Source: Podarcis pityusensis (taxonomy: Eukaryota). From it: DNA of 64,000 nucleotides. Numbering within the stretch: position 1 is the stretch's first letter; every line of letters begins with the position of its first letter. A program made the translations under genes and the position numbers. The stretch lies in assembly GCA_964106645.2 (NCBI GenBank), contig OZ067039.1. One strand, given 5' to 3'. The notes under the pieces are model-generated. The model did not search any database. It was not told where the DNA came from and was given only the letters and a program-made list of their open reading frames with translations. This document shows, piece by piece, positions 30,656 to 44,300 of the stretch.

Positions 30656-32426
30656 CATCTTCATCTCTCTCCCTTGACTAAACCAAAACAGCATTTTTGA
30701 AACTACCTTCTAATGTCATGCCCTTTGCCATCCATGTTTGAGAGTGTTTATGTATACATGTGTACATGCTCACAGTACCTTCTCTGCCCAGAAGCACACG
30801 GCCAGCCATATTAACATGCACGCTTGTGGGCTTCTAAGTACCATGCAGACAGAATTATGCTTTGTGAGATTGTAAGAAGAGCCTTGCTGGATCAGGCCAA
30901 AGCATACTTTGCTCCTAGTGGCCAGCCAAGTGCCTCTGGGAGGCCCAAAGCAGGACCTGAGAGCAGTCACTCTCTCCTGCTGCTCAGAGGCCTGTGCCTT
31001 CCATCCTGGGGTCGGCTCAGATGACTTTAAAAGGAGATTGGACAAGTTCATGGAGGACAAGGCTCTCGGTGGCTTCTGGTCATGATGGCTGTATGCCACC
31101 TCCCGATTCAGGGTCTGTGTGCTTGACTATGTAAAGAGAGCACTTTTTCTGTTAATTATAGAGCTTTAACGTTAGCTTGTCCAATGAGAGCACAGAGAGG
31201 CGTCATTTCCTTTGACATGGTGAAGGCAACATGACTTGCTTGTTCCCTGAAATTCTGCTATGGGGAAATGGTTCTGTCAATGCTCCCTACAGGAGCCAGA
31301 GATGCAGCCTCTGCATCCAAGTGGTTCTTGCAAATTTTCCAGTATGTTGTCTCCTTGTTAGGGCATATATAAGGCTGCTTTCACAATGTCAATATTGCAC
31401 AAAATATCTACTTGCTGTAGGTTTATTGTGTGAAAAATGGATTCATGGACTGGCCTGTTTTATTAAACAGGAGCACATCCAGCCCCACCCCCCTCAATGT
31501 GACTGTAGGTAACTTTACTACTTGGTAAGCTGGTCTTCTCCTAAATCACTGTCTGTTCATTTCTGGTTGGGTGAAGAAGTGTGGTTTAGGTATTTGTTCT
31601 GACCAAGTGGCTTAATGACAGGATTCTACATGGTAAATGGACCCCACTCTTCCCATCCACTACTTGTTAGCAGTCCACTACAGACAGGAAAGGAATTGAG
31701 AACACACTCGTAGAGGAGAACTGCAGAATATTCTCACATGCCAACGCATGCAACCTTTTAAAAGCTGCAAACATAACTCCCAACTCCTGCATATTTTCTG
31801 TTTCTCAGAATTAGGCTCGTTGCTTACTTCTGCATGCTGACTCTGCCTTCTGTAGAGGGATGTTTCTTGTGGAGAGCACTCACTACATGAATCTACTAAA
31901 CTAGATTTTATTTGGATGAAGGATGGTGAACACAAGCTTCTCTAAGTCTGGCAGTGGTGTCTCTGTGAACAACCCAGAAGATGAATGGGGAAGCTTGCAG
32001 CAGCCCTTCAGGTGTTATTGAACTGCAGCTCCCAACATCCCTCGCCAGCTTGGGATGATGGGAATTGCAGTCCATCAACATCTGGAGGGCCTGCGCTAGA
32101 AGGAAGGGCAGTTGCTGCTGCTTGCCTCCCTGGGGAAGTAGCAATCTCTGGCCATCTATTGTCCTTGGGGCACAGTTTGTGTGCGCATGCAAGTCCACAA
32201 ATGCAGTAGTAATGACATGTGGTGAGAGGGAGAGATTCTTTTCTATAGTGTTCTAGAAAAGCATGTTTCTGGGCTGAGGCTTGCTGCATTCCTGAACTTG
32301 ACTCTTTCCTGGTCCTGCGCACTGGGATCTTTGGTGGCATAAGGTTACCAGTAGGGACCATGAATGTGTGTGTGTTTTGCAACCCAAAAGTAAACAGTTT
32401 TCAAAAGAATTAATCTCAAGCCACAG

Positions 32427-32560
32427 NNNNNNNNNNNNNNNNNNNNNNNNNNNNNNNNNNNNNNNNNNNNNNNNNNNNNNNNNNNNNNNNNNNNNNNNNN
32501 NNNNNNNNNNNNNNNNNNNNNNNNNNNNNNNNNNNNNNNNNNNNNNNNNNNNNNNNNNNN
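32427..32560. other. Assembly gap (134 N)
   Basis: Run of n. Confidence 1.
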
Positions 32561-33258
32561 GAGGAGGAATCTGCATATAAAATTTGGAATACAACACAAA
32601 TCGCATGACTGGGAGCATCTCTCGGCAGCATTGTTCTCGTTCCCTGCCCACTCCCCCAATTTTCTCCTCATCTTTTAGATTAATGGTCAAAACGGCAAAT
32701 AATCCCCTTGAGACAGTCTTCTCTCCCTTTCTTTCTCCTACATGCTTGGGAATTCCTTCTGCTTATTACTAAATCAACCTACTACATTTGTTTCTAGTTT
32801 TATGGAGGGAGTCTATAATTCACCAGAAGGCTTCAAGTTAAGGGGAACTATTCTCTCTTCGCTTCCTCCAGCCAATGGCAGCTTGTCTTGATGATTAATT
32901 GCTCTCACTGGTGACAATTGGTGCCTTATTTCTCATTTGAATGGATCCTGCTTTAACTTCAATTTGTTCTTGTTCAGTTTCCCTCTGCCACTGCTTGCTT
33001 TTGATCACATAGTTTGGTTTTAAGCTTATTTTTGTGTGGTTCTTCCCAACATACAGTGCTGCACACATGTAAACACAGGAGAATAGTGGATGTACTATGG
33101 TTAGCTGTAGTGACATTCCTGGTAGGTGGAAGCATGTTACAGTAGATAAACACATTCACTGTCTTTCACGTGGGGAGGAGCACACTGTACCAGCAAAATT
33201 AAGCAGACATGCAAATTTTCCCTAAGATAAGAGGCCCTCAAGAATCAGGTCTAGAGGG

Positions 33259-33286
<28 letters not shown>
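33259..33286 (+). repeat. (GT)n microsatellite
   Basis: Read directly. Confidence 0.95.
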
Positions 33287-33289
<3 letters not shown>

Positions 33290-33399
33290 TGTTTGAAATC
33301 CAACATCCGACAAATGTGTGTATCTTATGCAAAAGAGCAACATGCACCCATTACACTGCCAAATTCATTCTACCTACAGAATTTCCTAATGTTCAATTC

Positions 33400-33860
33400 C
33401 CGTGAGGACCCCAGGACTGCAAAAGGGGCCAGTTGCAGGGCCTCCACCACCCCTGGCTATTCCTAGACTCACGGTGCTACACTTCCCAGATGGGCACAGG
33501 ATGCAGAACCCTCATCGACTCAGGTTCCTCGGCAGATTTTCTAGATGTAGAGTTTCCTGGGCAGAAATTCAACAGTTTAAGCCTTACATGGAAATATAAT
33601 TATGGGGAAATGTTCACTGCGATTGGGATTTCTCTAATTTTGCATTTCGCCACACACCCATGAGAGCCATTTTGTGACTGCTGCCCCCACGACACTCTCA
33701 AACAGTGCCAGATTACCAAAAAGGCAGATTAGGCACCAGCCTATGAGCCCCCTGCCTTTTAGGGGCTCCATGACAACGGATCAAGTCAAGCTTTCTTCGT
33801 TCAATGTCATCCCACTAGAGCGAGAGCATGAGAAACCTCCAGGTACAAAGCTTTCTGTGA
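33400..33860 (+). mobile_element. Degraded Ty3/Gypsy LTR-retrotransposon protease remnant
   Basis: TLIDSGSSADFLDVEF resembles the retropepsin active-site motif (LIDSG); boundaries approximate. Confidence 0.5.
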
Positions 33861-35689
33861 GTTAGTGTGTCATGTGTTCCCACTGACTCCAGATCCTAGT
33901 AGAATATTCATGAGTATTAGGAGAGAATTTGCAAGGGCTTCTCTCTCCCCATCCCCCCGCCCCCCAGCGATTTCAACTGACTAGGGACCTCCACAGGGTT
34001 TAATCTGGCACTGCTCTCAAAATGTGCATCTTGGTCCAAAAAGGTTGGTGGCTTCTGCAATGAAGAGATAAAGGGCAATTGCATGAAGGTGCTTAACACT
34101 GCCACATTTTATGTCTTGAGGTGGTATGTTTATGCTGCTGGCACTGTTAATCTTAAGATCAAACATTGATTTTTCATGTAACCTGTTGCAGAGGCTTGTC
34201 AAATGCACACCTGATGCTCAAGCACTGCAAGGAGCTGAGGTTATTATGGAGATGCCAAAATATTACAAGGGGCTCTGCTTTGACATAATATCTCATGGCT
34301 TCGAAAAGCTTGTTCTTAAATCAGGTTGCAGAGATGGTAAAGTTTTTGCAGTATTGATCCAGGAAATGTAGCCTTTAATGATGTTTATCTTAATTGGCAA
34401 TATAACATTGTTTAGGAGGCAGACCCCAGCAAACAAATGTACATATTCTGCCCCTTGAGTGAAATCGACTGCATGAAAAATGAACAGGGAGGCAAGATTT
34501 CAGATTCAAATGAAGAGGTAGAACAGCATGGACATCTACAGCAATAATGTAGAATTGTGGCTTGTAAGGTTGCTAGGTTGCAACCTGGAGAACAGACTTC
34601 TTTTTTTAATGGTCTTGGAGAAAGAGGATTCAGCTGCAGCTTCTTGCTTCGCTGACTGACCTCTTTGCCTTCCTTTCTCACCCATGTGCTTTGGGGAACA
34701 GCCTTCTTAAATCAGTCAGGACTAGAGAATCTTGAGACTGAGCCCCATTTTGCTGCTGTTAAAGCATCTTTTCTCAGACTTCTAAGAGGCATGCTGAGGC
34801 ACACTGTTCTCTTGGAATTAAAACAGAAGGTACACTTAAACCAGGACTGGTGGGACTGGCAGCATACTATTGCAGTGTGAAGTGCTTCTGTTTAGGTTGC
34901 CAGCCAGGCATACCATCTTTCAGGATACTCCATTCCATTTCCCTTCCCCAAACACCAGTTCCACGACCACTAATATGCTCAATCCTCATTGGACGGTTTT
35001 TCAGGTCCCCACCTTTAGGTATTAACTTGAGAGTTTTTGTACTTCTGCAAGCTTACAAATACCTTCCTCTTATGTGTGTGGATGGGGCTACTTTCACTAC
35101 GTAAGGATCAGCATTCTGAGGAGTTCTTCCTCCAAAGAATCCCAGGAACTGTGCTTCACCCTTCACTGGCTATAATTCTCAGCACCCTTAACACACTGTA
35201 GTTCTTAACGATTATTTGGGGGAAGCCATGTGCCTTAAATGTGCAGTTTCCTCTGAGGGCAGATGCTTTTGCTGCCTCTCTGCATTTAGTGCAATTAGCT
35301 CACTCCAGATGTGAAAGCACAGCAGAATGAGTCCTAATAGTAACAGCTGCCTTATACAAATATAAGCCATAAGTTCATCAAGCTCAGTACTGTCTGCACT
35401 GACTGGCAGCAGCACCCCAGGATTTCAGTCAGGAGCCTCTCTCAGTCCTACCTGGGGATGCCAGGGATTGACCCTGATACCTTCTGGATGCAAAGCAGAT
35501 GCTCTGCCACTGAGCTGTGGCCCTTTCCCTGTTAAAGGTGGTCTGTCCATTTGACCTCTGTATGTGAAGTGGGGAGGGGTTCCATCCTGTCTTTGGTCTC
35601 AGGCAGCAAAATGTCTAGGATCCTCACTGTCCTTAGGGCTCTCCACACTTGCATGAAATTAGGCCAAGGGGGTTTTTGAGATGCAGGTG

Positions 35690-36530
35690 CTCCACAAATC
35701 CAAATTAATGGTGTAACATTGGAAAATGTTGATCATTTTTCCTACCTAGGCAGTTATCTTTCCACAAGGACCGACATTGATGCCGAAATCCAGCATCGCC
35801 TGAGCTCTGTGAGTGCAGCTTTCTCCTGCATGAAGAGCAGAGTGGTTGTGGACCGGGACATTTGCAGGGAAACCAAAATGCTTGTTTACAAAGCTATTAT
35901 ACTACCAAGCTTACTGTATGCTTGTGAAACATGGACCACTTATAAATGCCATCTCCAACTCCTTGAAAGATTCCATCAACTGTTTCTTAAAACAAAAATT
36001 ACATTATCACTTGGGAAGACAGGCAGACTAATGTCAGTGTACTGGAAGAAGCAAAAATCACCAGTGTCAACGTAATGATTCTTCAACATCAGCTTAATTG
36101 GACTGGTCATGTTGTTCAGATACAGTATCTGATTATCGTATTCCAAAGCAACTACTCTATTCCGAATTTAAAAATGGATAGCATAATGCCGGTGGACAAC
36201 AAAAGAGGTTTAAAAACGCTCTCAAGGCAAATGTACTATAAACACCGGCATCTGGGAAACACTGGCCTGCGAGCGCTCCAATTAGAGAATAGCCTCTACC
36301 AAAGGCGTCATGGACTTTGAGGAAGCACAGACTCAGGACAAAGGGGAGAAATGAGCTAAGAGGAAGACACATTTGGCAAACCCTTACAGTGAACAACTCC
36401 TGCCCGGAAACCTATGTCCCCACGGTGGAAGGATGTGTGGATCCAGAATTGGCCTCCACAGTCACCTACGGTCGGACACACTGTTAAGACCATATTCATG
36501 GGAGATAAACTTACACCGAAGAAGAAAGAA
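35690..36530 (+). mobile_element. RTE-clade LINE 3' fragment (frameshifted RT C-terminal region)
   Basis: ENVDHFSYLGS...VYKAIILPSLLYACETW and terminal CPHGGRMCGSRIGLHSHLR; GAA tail. Confidence 0.88.
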
Positions 36531-39500
36531 GCAGCAGCCCACTTCTGGGCTACATTGAGTCAGCATAATCTGCTCAGCATCATGGTCCTATCATCTGAGT
36601 GGCAGATCTGAAATGGAAACCTGAAGTGCAGACTATGTGACACCCTTGTCTTCCACCACCCAGCCCTCCATCGCTATGGTTGCCTCAGCCATACCTGGAA
36701 CTGTTAGGGAGGTGCAATCAAACAATTCTCTAGGAAAAAAATTGTGCCCCTTTGGCGGGGAAGGGGAAGGGGAGAGACAAAGCTAGGCTTGGCCAGGCCA
36801 GTGTGTGGGGATGGTTAAGTTTCCTACTCGCTCCCTTCTTTCTCTGCTTGGCCTGAAGCCTGGATGCTTTTCAGAGCGTTTCTGACGCTGCCATCGCTTA
36901 AACCAGCAACAAACTCTATTAGCTGCTACTGCAAATTGGATTTGTTCAATGCGATTGGATTTTGCCTCAGGCCTATGTGGCTTTGTTTGGGTGCGGGGAG
37001 TGGTGGAGAGTGGGGAGGAGAGGAGAGGAGGGTGGAGGGCGGCGGCAGCCACTAATAATAGTGACTGTTGCATTTGTCTCCACAGTTCAAGCAGAACAGT
37101 AATCTGCTCCTAGAGGGCTGGATGAAACAATAGATTTGGGGAGCAGGAGGAAACCACAGGTGACTGCAGAGGCATTAGACAGTGATGTTTCCTACTCTCT
37201 TCCCGAGCATCCTTTTTAGAGCTTTCACAATGTGGAGCATGGATGAAAGCAACTGGTATGGTTTTTAATAAAAAGAACCTGGTAATGCTTATCAATTCTG
37301 CTGAGGACCAAAACAGAAATGATGCAGAAGATCTGTGGTTGCATCGCCTGACATTCTCGCTCCCTGCCCCCACTTTAAAACAGCTGGAGTGGTGGTGGAG
37401 CCCTTTCCCCTCTGCAATGTTTTCCTGGTAAAAATTACCCTTTCCCAAAATGTTTTAGGCTCCCTCAAGCTCCTGCTCTGACTAAAAGCAGAGCCCCACT
37501 TCCCCCAACTGCTTTAAAGGAAGAGCAAACTGTGGTCACATCCACACCATGCATCTGAAGCATTTTAATCCCACTTTAACATTCATTGTCTCCCCCCCCC
37601 CCCAAATTCTGGAAAGTATAGTTTGTGGGATAATCAGCATCATATAACCAATATGCTTAAGTCTAATTAATGCACAAAAGGGTTAAGACCATTGAGTAAG
37701 CTGTCGTGCCAGGCTTAGCTCACCTTGGGAGGGATTAGGTAATCAAGCGTTTGATCTCTCCCAATCTACCTGAGGAGCTCAGTGTACGAGGTCTGAGCTG
37801 CTTGCTCCAAGCCCAGCCCACATGGCCCTAACAAGCCACTATTCAGTTCCTTTATCAATAATTTAGGAACTATCTCCACTGTATAACTAAGCCAAGTTTT
37901 ACTGCCTGTGGATGGATTTGATCTTTGTAGAGTTTGTAAGTGAACCATTTTTAACATACCAAACAAGAATGCTTGGGTAAGAGGAAAGTTTTGGAACTCA
38001 TACCGACATATTTTAAAGGTCTAACAGCCTATATTTCCATTCTTTGCTTTGCTGCATATTTTGTGATCTTAAATCTCTCCTGGGGTTCTCTCACCAAAGA
38101 GTACTTGTCTCAAACCTGTATCCTGGCATCCAGGAATTCTCCTTTCTATATAATATTTTTTTTCCTGCACCAACAGTTTGTTAATGGTGCTGAGAGTTGT
38201 TAGGGGACCCCTCACATAGATGCAATTCCCCGCACCTTTAAAAAACTACAGTTCTGATTATTCTTTGGGGTAAGCCATGATTGTTAATGGTGGCATAACA
38301 GTACTTTAAATGTATGGTGGGTGTGGACCTGTGAGAGAACTCATCATGGCTTTCCTGTGCCATGTCTGTTTTGGCTCCTTAGCTACAGGTGGCATCTGTT
38401 ACGTGTCTTCAAAAAGCCCCATTAGCATCTGCAGTGCTTCCAGTAGCTGCCTGCACAGTAGCACGTCCTGTTCTCAGATCTGGTCTCTATTTGTTTGTTT
38501 TTTTCTTGGAGCCAAACCAAAGAACACAGAAGGGAGGCAGGCAGCACTTTTTGCAGAGAGTTAAACAGCTGCTTGAAAAAAGAGGATTTCTGCTTTTGGT
38601 CTGTATGCTCACATTCCACTTTGGTAAGCAGGTTGTGCAGGTTCTTATATTTGTTTCAAAAATCCAGAACCCCAGTTTAACTGGAGGTGTCAGTGGCCCA
38701 AAGCAAATATGTATGTGTATGTGATGTGTCTGTGTCTGTGTTTGTGGTGAACATATACCACAGAAAAGTAAGGTAGCTTGCAGATGTCCTGTTTACCAAT
38801 CATTTGAATTGTTTGCAGGGAAAGTACAGATGGCATCAGCTATTTATTGAGCCTTCATTCCAATTTCTTTGTGGGGAAGTTGTTGATGGTGTTGCCCCAA
38901 GTGACATTCCACACCTCCCAGTGCATTTGACTGACACTTTGCTTGTTGCAAAAAGTCCAGTCTTTGGGGGCAATTGGTTTGTTGTGCAAAGACTTCCAAC
39001 TCAGCCTTAATTTCATAACCTGAATTTTCTGCTATGTGACTGAATCCCATTTTAAAATAGCAACAGTCTGTAAGTGCCCTAAGCTGCTCTCTGGGCTTCT
39101 TTGAATGAGGGTGGTCTACAAATAAATAAGCTTTCTTTGACTTTCTGGATTTTGGCTGGAGAGGCAGCATCTGCCAAAAATAATACTCACCCATCATTGC
39201 ACAAATTATTATCGCTCAAAAGCTTAATTCTTACACATGCATACATAAGCAACCTCCAAAGGCATCTACTTACCATTCAGGTATGTAGTTCTGCATTCAT
39301 GTATGTGTAATCAAAGACTGCTGTTCTTATGCATATGGGGCAGTATCCAGTGCACTCATTCCACTAGTGCAAGGCTTTATGCTTTTGCAACTGTACATTC
39401 TGCCCTCTCCTCTCACTGTGCATGCCCTGCACCTCCCCAAATCTGCTCCAGAGGGTTGGGGAAACCCCAGTTCCACTGGACGAGTGTACATAACAGATTA

Positions 39501-39989
39501 TTTAGCACTGCGTTGGCTAATACCCATAGCATGTATTTGCATTGTGTACACTGTGTTCATATACACACAGAGAAACATGAGAGAGAAGAGAGGAAATGTT
39601 GGGGCTTAATTTGGCTGAATACAAAAACTGGGACTTATTTCTGCTTAACCCACATGTGTAGAAATGGGTTGTGGTTACTTGGTAAATGAAATGCACTCTA
39701 GAGATGCTCTACAGTCTTTGTGACTACTTTGCATATTCCAGGGCTGTATGTCTTGGCACAGAAAACAGATTTCTGGCCCTGGCGCAAATAAAATAAAAGC
39801 CTGGTTATTCACGTGTAATACTATATACCGCTAAGTAGTCTCCATATATGCCTAGTTGCATGGATGCTAGGTGTACGATAGTATGCTTAGTATACTTATA
39901 TTTATATAACAAATAACTACGTGTGAAAAAAGAAGAATAAATTAACACACGCATGCATATGTTAGTGAAGACCTTACTTGGAAGGTCAA

Positions 39990-40555
39990 TACAGCCCAGG
40001 TGGTCAGGAAGGCCCAACAGAGACTTCATTTCCTTAGGGTCTTGCGAAAGAACAATGTTAGATAGCAACTGATGATTTCCTTCTATCGGTCCACGATAGA
40101 AAGTGTTCTTTCATACTGTATTATGGTGTGGTTTGCTGGTGTGACAGCCATGGACAGAAAGTCCCTACAGAGGGTGGTGAAGACAGAACACGATATCATG
40201 GGCTATCCCCTGAGTCAGCTAGATGTCATCGCAGGAGACTGTTGCCTCAGAAGAGCGAGGAACATTCTCAGGGATGACTCACACCCTGGCCAGCACCTTT
40301 TAAATCTCCTGCCCTTGGGCAGGAGATATAGAAGCCTAATAAGCTGCACCAACAGGTTAAAGAACAGTTTCTACCCGTGGGCCGTGAGGCTGCTGAATGA
40401 AAGACAGCAACATTGCAGCTGACATTCAGAGTTGGTACGTACGACAGCACACAGAGTGTAACAAGGACTGAGAGATTGTGGGGGGAGGGGGGCTCGTTTA
40501 ATCTCATTGTAAAGAAGTGGTACAGTGACAATAAAGTATTTCTATATATTCTATA
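39990..40555 (+). mobile_element. Rex1/Babar-clade LINE 3' fragment
   Basis: FYRSTIESVLSYCIMVW...LQRVVK...DDSHPG...LLPLGRRYRS...TNRLKNSFYP is the characteristic Rex1/Babar C-terminus; ends with aataaa plus a short repeat tail. Confidence 0.8.
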
Positions 40556-41082
40556 TATGCTATGCCAATACCTCTATAATTATCCTTTGATACATAGGTA
40601 GAGCAGTCCAGATCACCACAGTACCTAACTCCACCAACTGCTGATGAATCCCATGAAAATGTGCTATAACATTTACAACTTGCATTGCACCATTCCTAAT
40701 GAGCCTTCTCCCACCAAGCCATTTCCTCCAAACCAGGAGTTGCCTGTCTTATGGAGGGCACCTCCCCAAAGGCCTCGGTAAGCGTGATCGACTCTGGGGT
40801 CTATTATTTGGTGCTGACCTTTCTCTGTGGGAATAATACAGTTGAGCGTGGGAGACAGGAAATGCAGCAAATTAGGTTCAGCAGGGGCATTCACAGGAAG
40901 GGGCTGGGAAACACTGAACCAAGAAGCCTCTTAGGACCCAAAGGGAACACACTTTGTTCCATTCCTTCTCATTTTCTCCCTCCACCTCTTTTAATAAAAG
41001 AGCTGTTTGTTATCCAAGGCATTTCCTAGAAAAAGAATGGGCTAATATTTTGCTTTGCTTCTGCTGAATGGGCTGTAGATAT

Positions 41083-41088
41083 TTTATT
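41083..41088 (-). terminator. Candidate NDUFA4L2 polyadenylation signal (AATAAA)
   Basis: TTTATT on the + strand about 200 nt past the stop codon. Confidence 0.6.
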
Positions 41089-41287
41089 GGCCATCTGTAG
41101 TGTGGCAACAGCGAATCAATACATAGGCAGGCAGGAAGCAGTAGCATGTGTGCAATTTTAAGGCATGTACACAATTTAAGTGAAAGATGATTAAAGACTC
41201 AATGTGAGAGCGGAAGATGTGACTGTGCAGAGCAGCAAGTGGTTCTTCCCTGGACATGGCAGGAGCTGGAAGATGGCCGTGGCACTC

Positions 41288-41344
41288 TCAGAAGTCTGGG
41301 CGATCTTTCTTCAGGGTTTTGTAGTCCGTGGAGACAGCCATGAA
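41288..41344 (-). CDS. NDUFA4L2: NDUFA4L2 last coding exon ([18 protein letters not shown])
   Basis: Acceptor cttccatag|; TGA at 41290-41288. Confidence 0.96.
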   Translation of the reverse strand, partial: FMAVSTDYKTLKKDRPDF

Positions 41345-44300
41345 CTATGGAAGAAGGTGTTGCTGATGATTGATGGTTTGCTCTCTTTGCCCCGTTGGAA
41401 TTACTATGGCATGACGTGTCATCCCTCAATGCCCACTCCCCAGCCTTTCCAGGGTTCTGACTCTTCCCACTCCACCCTACATTTGACATGGTCCAATTGG
41501 ACATTTTCTTCATTCTCTTGTTTTTTAGCTGGGGTGATCAAAACATGTAACCTCCCACATACCTTGTACTGTTCATTAGGACTCAGTTTATTCCACGGTT
41601 CTGGATTATTCTTCCTATCCCAACTGAAAGGGGGAAAAGGAAAGGAAAGCCACATATAATAAGTTTTACACATCTGGATAGTGCCATTGAGTATAACCCT
41701 CCCACCCTGCGGCAGCTTTGATTTCTTCATCTTTTCTCGTCATAGTATTTTATTATGAAGGATTCATCCAGTCACATTCACATCATTTAAAGCACAGGGC
41801 TTCCCACTGCAGAATCCTGGGATCCATAATTTGTCCATCACTAAGCTACAACTCCCTTAACAAACGATGATTCCCCAGTGGTTCATTGTGTTCAAATATG
41901 TTTTGTCTCTGATCACTGCTCTTCTCAGGCTTCAAAACTCTTATTGGCCAAAGCACTGGTATTCCTAAGCTACGAATAACACAAGAGGACAGAAAACCAG
42001 GCAGGGTCCTCTCTTACTTTGATGGGTTTCTTGGCAGTGGTAGCCAATGTAGGATTGCTCTGAGGCATCATGGAAAATTAAAATGGAGCCCAGTAGACTT
42101 GGCTGCCTGATGTAAAAGGCCCAGGGCAACTGCAAACACTGATGGGTCCTGCTGTGGGACACGAGCTGAGCAGCTGCCCCAGGATGCCACATGCGGGTGT
42201 TGGTCCAGAAATTACATTACAGCCTGGCTCCAACTACCTAAGCTGCACAATGGTGCTTTTCTGTGAAGGGAGTCTCTTCTCTTTTTTGACTTACTGTATT
42301 ACTTGTGAGATGTATGGAAGTGAAAGCTGGACCATAAAAAAAGCTGATCACCGAAGAATTGATGCTTTTGAATTATGGTGCTGGAGGAGACTCTTGAGAA
42401 TCCCATGGACTGCAAGAAGATCAAACGTCTCCATTCTTAAGGAAATCAGCCCTGAGTGCTCACTGGAAGGACAGATCGTGAAGCTGAGGCTCCAATACTT
42501 GGCCACCTCATGAGAAGAGAAGACTCTGGAAAAGACCCTGATGTTGGGAAAGATTGAGGGCACAAGGAGAAGGGGACGACAGAGGACGAGATGGTTGGAT
42601 AGTGTTCTCGAAGCTACCAGCATGAGTTTGACCAAACTGCGGGAGGCAGTGGAAGACAGGAGTGCCTGGCGTGCTCTGGTCCATGGGGTCATGAAGAGTC
42701 GGAAACGACTAAGCGACTAAACGACTAAACAACAACAACAACATTACTTGTGAATTGGTTGGAAGGTTCCAAGTCCCATGTGTAAAAGAGATGAGATCAG
42801 TGGCGGGGAGTGCAAGATCTTCCTTATGAATTCACCTCACATGTGGTGATGGTGGCAGAAGTAGAACATGAGGCCAGAAGCATTTGATCTTGTCTGCTGC
42901 TTCTGGCATTGTTGGTGCTGCTCATATACTTCTAAGCTTATCAGCATGCTAATGCCTGACCACTGCTCTTGCTGCTCCTCATCCTGTTTCTGCTGTTTCC
43001 CAATACAGTGGTACCTCAGGTTACAAACACTTTGGGTTACAGACTCCACTAACCCGGAAGTAGTACTTTGGGTTAAGAACTTTACCTCAGGATGAGAACA
43101 GAAATCGCGCGCTGGCAGCACGGCGGCAGCGGGAGGCCCTATTAGCTAAAGTGGTACCTCAGGTTAAGAACGGTTTCAAGTTAAGAACAGACTTCTGGAA
43201 CGAATTAAGTTTGTAACCAGAGGTACCACGGTACGAGGTGAGCAAGGAGGCTGAGGTCAATCTGCAGCTGCCATCCTTGGAGGACTGGGGCATGACAGGT
43301 CTCTTTTAGTCACCATGAATGAGCTTGTGAATGCTCCTCTTCCAGCATGGCTGCAATGAGGCAATTGGAAGTGTTTGCTCCAATTTTTAACTAATCACAG
43401 GATTGTGCCTGAACCTGAACAAACTGTGGTTAGTCTAAAAAATGATTTATAAATTGAAACAAGCCAACTTCAAGCCTATGTTTTCAATAAACCATAGTTT
43501 AGCCATAGTTTAAGGTTCAGACATAATGCTAAACTGCGGTTAACTGAAAATAGAAACAAGCACTTTCATTCTCCTCTCCTGTGGTGAATGAAGGGAACTT
43601 TGTACATGTTCAGAGGTGCTTCTATATACCCTATGGCATACAACTGAACCCTAACATGAAATCTGGATTCTGGAGCTAACCATGAGTCCTGATTTTCAAA
43701 TTTAGCCTTACATGTAAGCTTCTCAGGACTTGTCTTTAAATGTTGTCATGTACATTAAGAAAAAGTGTCATGTAAATTAAGAAGAATAAAATGTCTATTG
43801 TTGTTCTTGCAAAGGACTAACAAGTATCTCTCAGGAAAATGTGGCCCAGATAAAGTTTGAAACCAGGTCCCCCAAGGCCCACACTGACATCTGGACAACC
43901 ATTTTCTCTTTCCATTGAGTGATGGAGACCAAGGCTATGGTTCTAGCTCCCTGGATTGGGGGTTGGTTTTCAAACATGTGGTTTGGCTGTGGCTGCTTTT
44001 ATCGAGATGTCTACCCTCATATAAATAATGTGTACACACATGAGGGTCCCTCCTGTGAACACACATCTTCCTGCTGCCTTCTGTAGGGGGTGAAGCACCC
44101 CCCTCCCCCTCCCCCTCCCCCCCTCGCCACAATCACAGACTCTACAGGGTGTTTGGGTGTTTAGCTGCTGACTCTGGTTCCTTAGCAAGCAATGCAACGT
44201 GCTAACAAGATGATGGTTGTAAGCCACAAACTGCCAAGTCTTGTTACAATCCTCTTCTGTCGACTGCACTAACCATATAATCAATGTGGAGAGAGAGATT

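Noticed and set aside
32253-32690. ORFs spanning the N run
   Set aside because: Artefacts of the assembly gap.
36783-37073. ORF containing KHPG resembling the NDUFA4L2 N-terminus
   Set aside because: Lies downstream of the gene's last exon and has no donor after KHPG.
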